This document shows positions 52,782-64,000 of a stretch of DNA of 64,000 nucleotides, piece after piece. The notes under the pieces are model-generated. The model ran no database searches. It was not told where the DNA came from and worked only from the letters and a program-made list of their open reading frames with translations. The stretch's first letter is position 1. Every line of letters starts with the position of its first letter. Both the position numbers and the translations under genes were made by a program. This DNA is from Chara braunii (lineage: Eukaryota; Plantae; Charophyceae). The stretch covers positions 314,915-378,914 of the forward strand of contig BFEA01000011.1 of NCBI GenBank assembly GCA_003427395.1, in the 5' to 3' direction.

Positions 52782-53323
52782 ATTGTTGATTGAATCTGAT
52801 CCGATACAAATGAAAGGTGTCGGTGAGTTGTTCAACACTAACTGAAACTTTCTAGTAACCCTAATGATTGTACATTAAATGAACCCTGACTGAGTGCTGA
52901 TTAAATTTTGATTGGTCCTAATTGAAACTTCCATATAATTCGAATAGCTGATTCATAATCATGTATAAGCATAAATGTATGGACCAATCTTCACCGTCTC
53001 CCGCTAAAAGTACTGTCTGATTCGTACGAAACTCATATCCGGTGAAAGACAACTAGAAAGATGATAGACCCTTGTTGATGTCTTATAAAAGCTCCCCAGA
53101 AGATACGTTGTTGTTGTTTTGGCGGAATCACTAAACACTTATTGCTCGGCAGCGTACCGAAAGCTCGTTTGCTTAGTAGGACAACACGGTGTTATTCACT
53201 TGACAAATGCAACACTAAGTGCTGATCACTTGGTATCATGGTACTAAGTACCGTGGTGCGGGGGACTGAACGTTGCTTACTGGTCGGGCATGCCGATGAA
53301 GAGGGAAAAGGGTCTGAACACAC

Positions 53324-53575
53324 TCACGCCCTTTCAATCTCTATCTTGGCCCATTCAATCGCTTCCAGGAACGAGTAGATATTGTTCAGCTTTCCGTTAG
53401 GCCCATAGAAATATATGATGTATTCAATGGTTTTTTGGGTTTTCACCACCGTCAGTGCATGTTCTCTCATTAATCTTATATGGCACTGAAAACTTTCAGG
53501 TGTTTCTTCCCCCAAAGTTTTCACTTTATCTTGGTAAAGTGTGTAGGACACCAATAAGGCGTCTTCACCCCTCAT
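53324..53575 (-). CDS. Hypothetical 83-aa protein
   Basis: ATG-initiated, ordinary globular composition, same strand as the neighbouring pseudogene. Single copy, no motif. Confidence 0.3.
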   Translation of the reverse strand: MRGEDALLVSYTLYQDKVKTLGEETPESFQCHIRLMREHALTVVKTQKTIEYIIYFYGPNGKLNNIYSFLEAIEWAKIEIERA

Positions 53576-56500
53576 GTTTCCTCTATTTTGCAGAGATTCT
53601 CAACCACTGCCCCAAGTAGAGAGCTTGAGAAAACATACTGAAGGAGTTTAACTCCAGTGTCTTTCCACCAGTAATAGGTTGCCGATCTTCGGTCTCGAAC
53701 AAGCATCCTGCGGTCGACTAGAGTTTGGGATCACTAATAACGCTTCACAACCACAATAAATGACTGCCCTAGCCATAAACGCGTTGTAATGGCAAGGGTC
53801 TCTCTGCTTTAGACCGTAGGCGTGGGAGATCGCCTGTCCTCAGGCGATGTACCCATTATGATAGCCGACGGAATTTCCCAAATAGCAGACGTGTTTAGAT
53901 AAGTCCCTAATTAGAACCTTTCACTTGGTCATTAGTCTCTCTAGGCTAGGCACACAGACAATCAGCAGTAGTCCCGTAACCCTCACCAAAAATTAGAAAC
54001 CGAGGAGATTGGCTCACCCGCCTCGCACGTCTGTGAGGAGAGGCTCGTGTCCCCTCAGATAATCCTTGAGAGAAGCAGGTTGTGCGTGCCACTATAGACC
54101 TGAGACTAAGGATTGTTCTCTCTTTTTTTTTTTTTTTTTTTTTTTTTTGCATGCATAGGCTCACATACACATCATTCGACTTTTCACAGCCAAAGTGATC
54201 AAACTGATGCAAAGAACCCTATCCCTTCGGGAGAGGGGCACAACCCTGTCGGAGTTGGACAGTCGGGTCGTGACCAATGATGATCAAGGAAAGGGCCATC
54301 GAATTTTCTCCTTCATCTAGCCACAACTGCTAATACTAGTCTCCGCCTATTAAGAACTTAGCAATCCAATAAGCAACCTTTTTTAACAGTCTTTTCCTTC
54401 CCCCACAACTTATTACTCAGGCTCGGCACGCACGGGGAACTGATCCCAATCATGCTTTTAGAATCAGCAAATGCAAACGTTCATATGCTAGACTAAGTAT
54501 GATCTCACGCTCATGCGGTCACACAAATAATGGTACAAATCCTGCGATCGCACGAGTATCTATGGCTTATAAGATCACACACGCATATGGTTGTACAAGT
54601 TCTATCGCAGGTGTCATACTAGCCAGAGAGATAATTTAAGACTGGTAATGACACCCTTCCTGTTCCATCGTCGATAACCAGTAAAACTGTAGCCTCTGTA
54701 AAACAACAAAACTTTGGAAAAAAATAATAGTAATCGAGTAAAGCATCCCTCTTTTCATGCCCTGGTGACATCATCTCTTTTGACACGCATTATCTTTTCT
54801 CACACGGCTTAAGATCACACTAAGGTCATATTATTTGTATTTGTATTGAAAGGGACCAGCAGTGTCATGCATTTTGCTCGAGGCCAAACCACCTTACGTC
54901 AGCGGAAAGTGTCTAAAGGCCATTTAACTTCTCAGTTTGCTTGCCAGTCATCAACACACCTAGGTTGTCTCAGTACCTAGTACATCTCGTGTAGGGAAAA
55001 ACAGTTTCTCATCTGCTAGTAACTTGTACCTCTGCATCTCTGCTAACTTTCTACTCGCCTTAGTGAGCAAAAGTATGCTCGAAACCATACGGCCCACCGT
55101 GGAATCGGATGCGATCGCCCATGCTATCAGTGTAGGCTTCCTCGCTCGAGTCTCATACAAACAGCCCTCAACAAGGGAACACAGGACGCCTAACGAGCGC
55201 ATCGAAGTAGTTTCCACAGGTTTCTAGGACAAATTTCACCACTCATTTTTTAGCACACTATATGTTCACACACATCCCGCCGGCCACATACAGGTTACAC
55301 AACACGCACACACATAGTCTTCTCACCAACTCATTCAAGGAGAATACAGTGACGACAACCTTCTCAGGTGTTGGCAACCCCGCTTTATGGTGAAGACGAG
55401 ACAAGGGATGATCACCAGACAGAACATATGAGCCAATCATCCGGCGCCCATCATTAGTCGGCGCTTCCAGTGATCTGATCTTGATTAGCCCTCCCAGTTA
55501 CCTATCACACTTCAGTCGTTTGCACATACCACTTGTATCTCTCTCGTCTAACGCCAGATGAGATGCAACTTATCATCCGATGATAGCTGACGCAGGTCAC
55601 ATCAGAGGTACGTGGCGTAAATTATAATGTACGCACTTGCCTCTTTCACGAACACGTCCGGTGTTCTAACTTCACTCGTCTGAGTATAATGCTCTTGCCC
55701 CTCAGTGGCGCATCCACTCGCATTCCGCGGTCTCTGAACCTTCACACGTCACCCAGTTCCTTCGACCTTACCAGCCACCGTCTCTCCCTTTGGTTCGGCT
55801 ACCTCTTGTCACTCCGTGACAGTGGCCGATGGCACGGACCAAAGGGGGGGGGCATGACCGAGGCTCTGCTAGTCAAGCAAGAGTACCTGATGCCCAAGGA
55901 GTTCATTATGCTTCTTCCATACTGCCTCACCTACTCATCATTGCACGCTACACCATGGCACGAACTGGCGCGAAGACGTCAACAGAAGGACTTTCGCTCG
56001 CCATGCTTCAGTTGAACCACGTACACACCCGCATATATACACAAGGAGTCCAACTACTCTCTTCTCTCCCATGACACAGTGCATTATCCATGCACCTCTT
56101 CTCAGTTACGCATATCCTAGAGATGGAAGACAGGTATGAGTCGCATGCTGAAGCTAGTGATATGGACAATATGGATGAGTTGACGTCAACGAGAAACTAA
56201 GAACAAGCTTTTTCGACAACTCTCTTCTCTCTCCTACGAGTGTGCTCACTCACGAGTATGTGCATATCTTCATTAGTCTCATCACACCGACTCTCTGTGT
56301 AGACAATAATTAACACAGTATCACGCTAATCAAACACAGGTAGCACAAAGCAGACGCGCAGGGTCTTCGTCCGCACACTCTGAGAGGCGGCGATGATCGC
56401 CAAGACTCGTGCTCCTGTGTTTGCTTGTCCTGACCGTTGCGAGAGTGAGGTGTGAAGGACAATCACCCGAGTGTCACACACTGAACGTGCTGAGACAAAA

Positions 56501-56786
56501 GAGACAAAAACAAAAGATCACACTCTCCCCATTTTTCCCGCGCAGTCTGACCAGTCTCATGTCACTCGCTCCCTCTCTCCCTGACAGTGACTTACACTCT
56601 CTCTTCTTAGTTCTCACACGTGCCTTTTCGTGTTAGTTTCCAGCGTGCCGAAGTCAAGCTGACGTCAACCTTTTTCAAACATGCACGCTCGTCACGCATA
56701 TACCAGTCCTTCCCTCCCTTTTGATCTGCCCCCTTCTCACGCACGCGCACCCCTCTCTCAATCGTGACCCTCACCCCTTCGTCAGT

Positions 56787-56857
56787 GATGACGTCATCGA
56801 GGGCAGCGTCTATAGTCGAAGCTCACCCAACTAGCCTGCCCGCTGTACCTCTTTATA
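56787..56857 (-). promoter_or_regulatory. Candidate Pol II promoter (CCTATAAAG; TGACGTCA palindromes)
   Basis: TATAAA at 56857-56852. TGACGTCA near 56788, 56660 and 56181. GA-rich DNA downstream. Confidence 0.35.
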
Positions 56858-59134
56858 GGCACACATCGTGAGCTAATCCTGAGCAGTTGAAGTCAGCCAA
56901 GAAGTCACGCCCGCGTTAGTGATCTATTTTCGTGTCACTAGTCATCCCATTCCTGGTCTCTCACCCGCACACCGTTTTCTCTGCAACCCGGTCTCTCCCG
57001 AGTTTACTCTCTCTCTCTCTTTGTGCCCCTCTGGGTTGTGTCACGTGCGAAATGCACGCGTGTAACCACCTTCACGCTTTCCCTCACGGCCTACGGGTGT
57101 CGAGTCTCCGATGGTCCATCCTGAACTGGCTTCACTTTGTGTCGGGCCGAACTGGCCTCAGGCCCCTTTTCCACTGGTTCAGCCAGCGGGTGGTTTCGGC
57201 CGATCTGATCCAGTCCATGCCTGGACTGGACATCCACCTCGCGATCGCTAATCTCTGACTCCCCTTTAGAGTCCCTCTCGTTGTGTTGCACCTCCCTGGT
57301 CGTGGCCCCAATCGACGATTCATCCTCATGGTAGGTGACCGTTACCCGCATGCTCGCAGTCACCCCGTTTCGCCTGCACCTTCGCTTAGCCCTGTTACGA
57401 GACTCGGTAATAGCTGCCTGTAGTCCCTCATCTCTCCTCATCTCCTGTTCCCTGTGACCACAGACATTAATCTTTAACCTCACCTACCCTTCAGGCTTAC
57501 CATAAGACAATATGGTCTCCACTATAGTGCCTTTCTCATCCTCACGCTCCCACATCCAAGAGTACTTCATGTACCTAGGCCTATAGCCACGTAAGCCATA
57601 CCGGTCTACCATAGCCACGCTTAGAATAGCCAGGGTCCCGACTCCAGGTGCCCACACTCAGACGGCTCACGACTACTCCGTTTTTTTGGACTCAGACTAG
57701 TGACGTTAACGCAACGAGATAGCTTGCGAGCACCCACAGATTAGTTGCCCAACAATCAGCCTTTCCCCCCTTTTTGTAGGCCCTCCTTGTACCGCGGCCC
57801 CCGTGCTCGAAACGAGGTGCCCACGCTGCCTTCCAAATTCCTCTTGCTAATAATAAGGCTCCAGGAAACGACAGAAATAAATAATTTAAAGAAAATAAAA
57901 GGATCCCAACGGGCATGGTATAGGCAAAACCCTCTGCTATCGATCCCCAGTTCCCTCGCTCAGTTATGACGTGACTTCAGACCCGTTGAGGTGGTCCCAT
58001 AACGGGATACCAACTGCCAACCTCCTCTTTTCAAAACACGTCATCGGACTGCCCCTGATGGGTACCCGTGTCCGATGGCAAGAAGGGGGCTTATGACCTT
58101 CCACGGAGGGTGATAAGCCTCCTACCAATGCGGCCGCGGGTCGCCCCTGTTTTAGGGTCCTACCGCGCGGAGCTCGGCCGAGCAGGTATGGCGCAGGCGA
58201 TATACGAGGGCACGGGCCAGCCTAGGCCGTAGACCACAGTTTAAGCTCGGAACTTGAACCATTGGCCTTCCCACGAATTGACAGGCCGAAAGGAAAATTG
58301 AGAAAAAATAATAATGATAATGGTAATAATAATAATAATAACACAATAAAACGAAATAAGAAAAGAAGAGAAATCATAACGCCGCCGCGGTCAGAGATCA
58401 CTAGATCGCCCCAAACTAAAGCGAGGGTCCAGATCTGCGCGCGGATCTGACACTTGACTTCCTTTTTTTCTCTTCCTATCCCCCTTTCTCCTTTTTTTCT
58501 TTTTTTTTCACCCTTTTTTTTTTCGTTCGACTGTAACAGCGAGGCTACGCACCTAACCCATAACCCGGTTATAAGGTACTCGGCGGTCCCTCTACCTTTG
58601 CGTCCCTGGGCAAGCCCGACGGCTACCACGGCCACAGGCTGGTAGCGCTCTGCTGTATTGCAGGGCGCCGAGCCTGCGTGGACCAATGGAAAGCCCAGTG
58701 GCGCACCCTTTTGCTGTAGGCAAGCACCAACTGGACAGATGCATTGCAGGATACTACTCGAGTATCCCAGGAGAGTCACAGAGGCTCGGGAACTACCCGG
58801 TGAGCCGCGGGCATCTGAACGAGGCGCGGGCACTGAGTAGGAGCCCGGCACACAGGGGAGGGCCGGGACACCGCGCCCTCCGACATAATACCAAACCCCC
58901 ACCCAACATCCCCGCTGGGTCGAAACCCATTGGCAATCGGTATAAGACGGCTTGTACCGGCAATACATTCATTCTTTTTTCATTGCGACTCGTAGCGAAG
59001 TTTGTGTTACAGCTTTGCGCTAACTAATCTCCCAAGTTTTCACAGCGCTTTCACGTTTTCTTTCTTGCCACCCGTAGCAATTCCGCGCGACCTGCGCAAG
59101 TAATTTTCTCCTCCCTTCTTTTGTAGTTCTCACC

Positions 59135-59399
59135 ATGCCTGAAGCACGTAGGGAACAGGGAAGAGGAAGGGGAGGAAGGGCGTGCAAAGCTCGTGTAGAG
59201 CCGCCGCCTCGCGCAAGGGGTGAGTACAGCTCGGAGGAGGAGGAAGATGAGGGACGAGGTTATGGTCCATACTTTAGACCTTACCTACGCCATCTTCCTT
59301 CTAATTGGCTTGAGAGAATTCCGTCTCCATACATCGGAGGAGGAGAAAGATAAGGAAGATGAGGGACGAGGTTATTTCCAGAGAAAGTTTGAGGCACGC
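59135..59399 (+). pseudogene. ORF start behind a strong splice acceptor, truncated by the family-2 LTR
   Basis: TTCTCCTCCCTTCTTTTGTAG-TTCTCACC-ATG. R/G- and E-rich peptide with a duplicated GAAGATGAGGGACGAGGTTAT. Confidence 0.3.
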
Positions 59400-60433
59400 T
59401 TTCGGCGCGAATACCCTTACAGGGGTATCCGCCCTGGTTTTTGCAAGTGACAGAAGATAAGATTTGTTCTGAATCAAAGTATACCGTGCGAAGGTGCGGT
59501 TGTGTTTGACTCACGTTGACTGAGTGGTTGACGGGAGCAAAATATGTGTGGGCGCGCAATTTTGAGGCGCGCGTGATGATTTTTTCTGTTGATGCTATAG
59601 AGTCGGCGTGTCCGCCGACAACATTTTTTGGGTTTTGAGTAAAGCTAGGAAAAGTTTTGTTATTACTAGGTTGACCATGGTGCACCTGCGTTCATGCGGC
59701 ATGCGCCGTCGGAAGTGGATTTGTTAGGTGGCGGCACACTAGTGCCGCATGCGCGACGGTAGCCAAAGGGGAAATTTTACCCCTTCATACAGCAAGGGCC
59801 GGTGCGTAGGCACCGTAGACGCAAGCGGTGGTCTCCGCGGCGTTATGGGGGCCACAAGTGTGACATACCGAGCAAAACCCGGCCCCTAACCGCATGTGCG
59901 TGCGTACAGGGCCGTGGGTTCGAAAGGGACCAGCAGCAGCCTCGGCACTGCTGCTACAGGCCCGGGCTGGCTGGCTATGCTATTCATATACAGGCCGGCA
60001 CACAACCTATCCAGGTTTGGGCTTAGCGTTATAGGTTATGTCATTGATCTTTCACTAGGCAGATCCTGCGATTGAGGCCAGTAGCGAGCAGCAAAGCAGC
60101 AGAGGAGTATTATGGAGAGAACTGAGGGGTTGAGGGTCCCGCGGGATTATCTCCCTTGGTTTTTGTTGGGGAGTCCGGTGGCGGGCCCATGAGGCAGGAC
60201 CAAGTACCAATGGTCCTCCTCCCCCAGCCGTTTTCTTGTTTATTATTAAAAGTTTTTTTCTCTAGGGTTTTTATTTCTTAATTTTTAAATTTTTTTATTT
60301 TTTTATGTTTTTCAAAATTTTCCTATTTCTTACCTTTTTGGACGAGGTACCGGTACCGGGACCGGCGGTATAGGCCAGCAGCATAGTTCAGTGGATACTT
60401 CCGCGGACTGCTGGGCTATCTCTACGGGGTACA

Positions 60434-60544
60434 GTCCGTCGGGACATCCGTTAACAAGTGGGACGATACAGAGAAAGAGAAGATTAGCATGGCCCCTGCG
60501 CAGGGACGACACCTATAAGTCGGAGGGATCCGACGTTGTCTTTT
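60434..60544 (+). ncRNA. U6: U6 snRNA-derived sequence, full length and diverged
   Basis: GTCC..GGACATCCG...ACGATACAGAGA(AGAGA)AGATTAGCATGGCCCCTGCGCAGGGACGACAC...TTTT matches plant U6 from the 5' stem through the ACAGAGA box, AGC triad and ISL. Confidence 0.85.
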
Positions 60545-63456
60545 GCTATAGTGTGCGAAGGGTCGGCATGCTGCGATGCCAACTACTGGCCCTGCGCTGA
60601 GAGTGTCGGGGGGGCGTCGTTAGTGAAGTTGGCACGACGACAGTAGAAGGCACCTCGAGTTGCTCAGTAGGCTGAAGGCGGATGTACCTGGGCGCAGTTC
60701 CATACCAGATACATCTGAAGGTAGAGGAGAGAGAGAGAGAGAGAGAGTAGACGAGGTGCAACTGTGCACGGTAGAGGGAGGGCTGTCTCGAGGCGCAGAC
60801 ACGAAGCAGCCGGGCAACGAAGTGAAGGCAAGACAGGGAGCGACGGGCTTCCGCTGTAGAAGGTAGTGAGCAGGGGGGTTGAACCAAGGTGGACAGCTGA
60901 GGCGGATGTGTGCGCAGGTGGAGAGGGAGTCGGGCATGGCGAAGTGATGAGGAAAGGCGGAGAAGAAGGTGACGCAGGCAGAGATGGCGGAGAGGAGAAG
61001 CGACGGGCGACGAGGCGGGAAAACGGGGCAGAAAGGGGGAGGAGTGAACCGAGGCTAGGGGTGTGCCAGGTGCGTACAGCGGTGGTGAAGAAACGGGCAA
61101 AGCAGCGGGAGAGGCAGTAGCGCAGGGGGGGCCCGGTGGCGGAATCACTCAGGAGCTGCTGTCAGACCGACGCTAAGACGGGCGTAGGCAGGCAACGGAG
61201 GTACCGCCTACGAAAGAAAGAAGAATCTGGCCGTGCTCTTGGGCCAGATGCAATCGGGGACTGTCGAGGGAGACGAAGGAGAGGGAGTGGGCTATTGCGA
61301 ACGCAGCAGAGAAGTAGGAGGGAAACTACCAGAGTAAGTGAGAGACGGGGTGGGCGCAGAAAGGAGGAGTGAAGAGCCAGAGAAGAAAAAACGGAGCCAG
61401 CAAGAAGGGGGGGCCAGACCTGGATGGGTTTTTGCGCAAGGTGCATGCACGACAGCAGGGGAAATGGCGGGAGGACGGGCTGGGCGCAGTCCAAAAATGG
61501 GAACTCACTCAATCCTTGTTGGAATTGAGTGAGGAAGAAAGCGATTTCGGGGTTTCTACCTCAGGCGAGTAGGATGATAGGCTTAGTTTTGGAGGATAGT
61601 TAGTGGATTAAGAGGCTAGTAGAGAGATTGGTGCGCACGACTATGGCGGAGTGATGGAAGAAGCAGCGGGAAGCGGGTATAGCTCTCTCGTTTGGGACCG
61701 GATTTGAGTGCGTGAAGTCTCGCCTCCGGGGGTTTGGGCCAGGGTGAGTTGAATGGCCATGCCGGGTTCGAGAGAAGGGGAGCCGATTAGTCAGTATAGG
61801 GAGTATAGGCTGCGCCTGAAGTAGTAGTCAAGAAAGGAGTGCACCTGTCCGTGCTTCAGGGACAGATTCATCGGGTTTTTCGTTGCTCCTGTTTGGTGAC
61901 AGTAGTGTGAAACTGGGTGTGGGAGTTAACAGACTTACCAATTCGGGGTGGCCGGTGCGCTGCCCAACTCATCAGCAGAGGAGTCAAGAGGAGGTCGGAC
62001 AAGCCCGAAGGTGGACGTATGTGTCTGTTCAAGGAAGTCCCGACGAGAGGCTTGAGGATGCCGACACAGTAGGAGGCTTCTCCGGGTCGTTGACGCCCTG
62101 CTGCCCCCTCGAGGTGGTCGCTCTGCTTGTAGTCGCGGTGCCCATGAGGGACAATCCGGACCTGGCCGGCGGGATCGGTCAGGTGCGTTAGGATGAGGGA
62201 AAGAGGCTGAAGTGGGGGACAGTACGTGCCTGATCAGTTGCGGGTGGCCTGAAGAGTCTGCAGCTGTACAAGCCCCGGTGGCTGACACGCAGTGGTGGTC
62301 ATTACACAGCCTTGACTGCACTACGGATACTGGCGGCCATTCTGGTGAGGGCGGCTGCTCTCAGTTAGAGGATGCTTGTCTGGGCAGTCCCGTTGGCAGT
62401 CTGAAGGAAAGGACGGAGTTGGTTCTATCACCACTGCTTGACTTGGAGGTCCTTGGCTGTTGTTAGAGGCGGCCTGGCTATTATCTGCCTGGACAGCAGT
62501 GGCTATCGTGTAGCCCTCGGTTATTTACGACTGGTTATAACTTTTGGAGGCTACAGTTTCCTCGGCCGGACTGTTGCCACTGCGGACTGCTGCTACGGAG
62601 GCTGAGCTACTACTACCGTATTTCGGCGGGCGGCTGCCACGGTGAATAGAGTGCTGCTGCTGAAACCGGCTACCATAACGCACGAACTGTACGTTATTGT
62701 GCCTGGCTATGCTCTGCTGTTGAGCAGGGGACTGTGCCCGGCTGTGCACCGCTGTTGCACTGGGAACTGCCCCTTGCTGTGCACTATGGCAATACAGCGT
62801 TACTATCTCCTGTGACGGCGGCGCTGCTGGCTGCTGTATGCAGCCGCACGCTACGGCTGCACTTTGGGGCAGATTGCTACTGCTAGCCACTTCGCACTGT
62901 CGAGTGCTGCAGATCGTGGCAAACGCTGCAGCCAACTGTTGCTGCGGCCGTGGACTGAGCGCGAGCCATTGTTGGTGGCTGGTAGGTGACCGTTGCTGCT
63001 GCCGCGACTGAGAAGGACCTGCTACTATTGGCTGTGAGCAGGTGCTGCCGCCGTTGCTTGTCCACTGCTGATGCGTCTGCGTACGAGCTGTTGCCGCGTC
63101 CGTAGGCAAATTGTATATTGCTACTGGTGATTGCAACTGCTGCTGTTGGCTGCAGCTGTTACTATTGACCGTCGCTGTGTACTGCTGCGGTGTGCGGACG
63201 GTAGCTGCTGTTTGCTGCTGTAGTTGTTGTTGACAAGTTGTTGTTGTTACTGTTGGCCGCCGCTGAGTACTGCGGCTGCTCCTAAGGGCTATGGTGGGTT
63301 GCTGTGCAGTGAGGGTTAAACTGCAAGAGGTTATCTGGTGTTGCAGTGTGGTAGAGTGGTGGCTACAGGAGGTTGACGCTGCGAACTGAAGGTTCATCAA
63401 GAGGGGCTACTTCGGTAGTTTGACTTCGTTGATCTAGCTGTTACATTGGCTGCCAT

Positions 63457-63710
63457 TGCGGGGCCCTCAGCCGCATCAAGGTAACAAGGCCCTCTCCAGT
63501 AAGGCTGAGTGCACCCCTCTTGTATCTGAGAGACTGAACATTTCTACTTCTATCTTTTTCGTTCTAAGTCTAGTCTGGAGTTACGAGAGGAAGGCAGCAG
63601 GCGGGATTGAAACCCGTAGGACCGCGCCAAGGCCTCTGTGGGAGGTTGCCCCACCGATTGCGGGAGCTCTGCCGGAGCCCAGGCGGGGTTCTGGAGGCAG
63701 GGAACTTCAG
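63457..63710 (+). ncRNA. Family-2 copy of the conserved structured LTR domain
   Basis: Aligns almost without gaps to 14710-14962, 28516-28770 and the minus-strand copies near 5985-6240 and 47985-48240. Confidence 0.6.
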
Positions 63711-64000
63711 GTATATTTTCGTATGACGCGTGTGATCCCTTCCCTTACGTATTATCCTTGGGTTATCTTAAGCTAACTAGGTAAGGATACTGCTTTCGTT
63801 TTGTCATGTATGTCAGGACATGCATTGAGAAAGGATAAATAAACCAGTATATATGAGAGTTCAGATAAACTGAATGGTTTCAGACAGAGTGAACCAAGGG
63901 AAGGTGGGATGGAGGTGTATTGCATGCTTTGACTGGGTCAACCCAAGGCTGGGCCCCTCTAAGTTGATGTGGGCTCAGTGCTGTGTTTTCTTAATGTTTG

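Larger units (their letters stand above)
51506..57690 (-). mobile_element. Continuation of the family-3 LTR-like element (right boundary uncertain)
   Basis: Hairpin restored with 2362-2385. Minus-strand TATA box, GA-rich leader and decayed ORFs all point toward that terminus. Confidence 0.4.
59400..64000 (+). mobile_element. 5' part of a diverged sister LTR (family 2), running out of the window
   Basis: Starts T(T)TCGGCGCGAATACCCTTACAGGGGTATCCGCCCTGG like family 1 (25178). Shares the 63457-63710 block and the first TAAGTT hairpin at the expected position. Confidence 0.8.

Noticed and set aside
58222-58968. 248-aa ORF and most other short ORF-track entries
   Set aside because: They read through homopolymer or microsatellite tracts, or are shadows of GC-rich LTR DNA, with no motifs.
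62525-63400. 291-aa Gln-rich ORF
   Set aside because: Antisense to the LTR, arises from CAG-rich low-complexity DNA, and is not kept open in family 1.

Overview
Eukaryotic, repeat-saturated DNA with no host gene that I can recognise. A plant-type tRNA-Asp primer site, a plant-type U6 copy and heavy CpG decay point to a methylated streptophyte genome; the species cannot be read from the sequence. The core (2386-51501) is one block flanked by a 4-bp GCGC duplication. It is a shared-LTR tandem array (4 LTRs, 3 internal regions) of a Ty3/gypsy-like non-autonomous retroelement with ~7.1-kb LTRs (TGTCG...CGACA). A 23.7-kb internal inversion (12113-35780) has scrambled it. The internal regions hold only barely recognisable pol remnants, but carry a much better preserved two-ORF cassette: an unknown ~224-aa ORF plus a ~448-aa Gag-like CCHC/RGG ORF, each behind a candidate splice acceptor. 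The LTRs contain covarying RNA structure: a pseudoknotted domain, an array of about 11 UAAGUU-loop hairpins and a UACG-hairpin trimer. The first two are also conserved in a diverged sister LTR (59400-64000), which additionally carries a full-length remodelled U6 snRNA copy. The block sits inside the terminus of a third LTR-like element (2362-2385 + 51506 onward), which carries a decayed gene with 32- and 52-nt introns. That element in turn sits in an older LTR. Several MITEs and two assembly gaps are also present. All alignments were done by eye.
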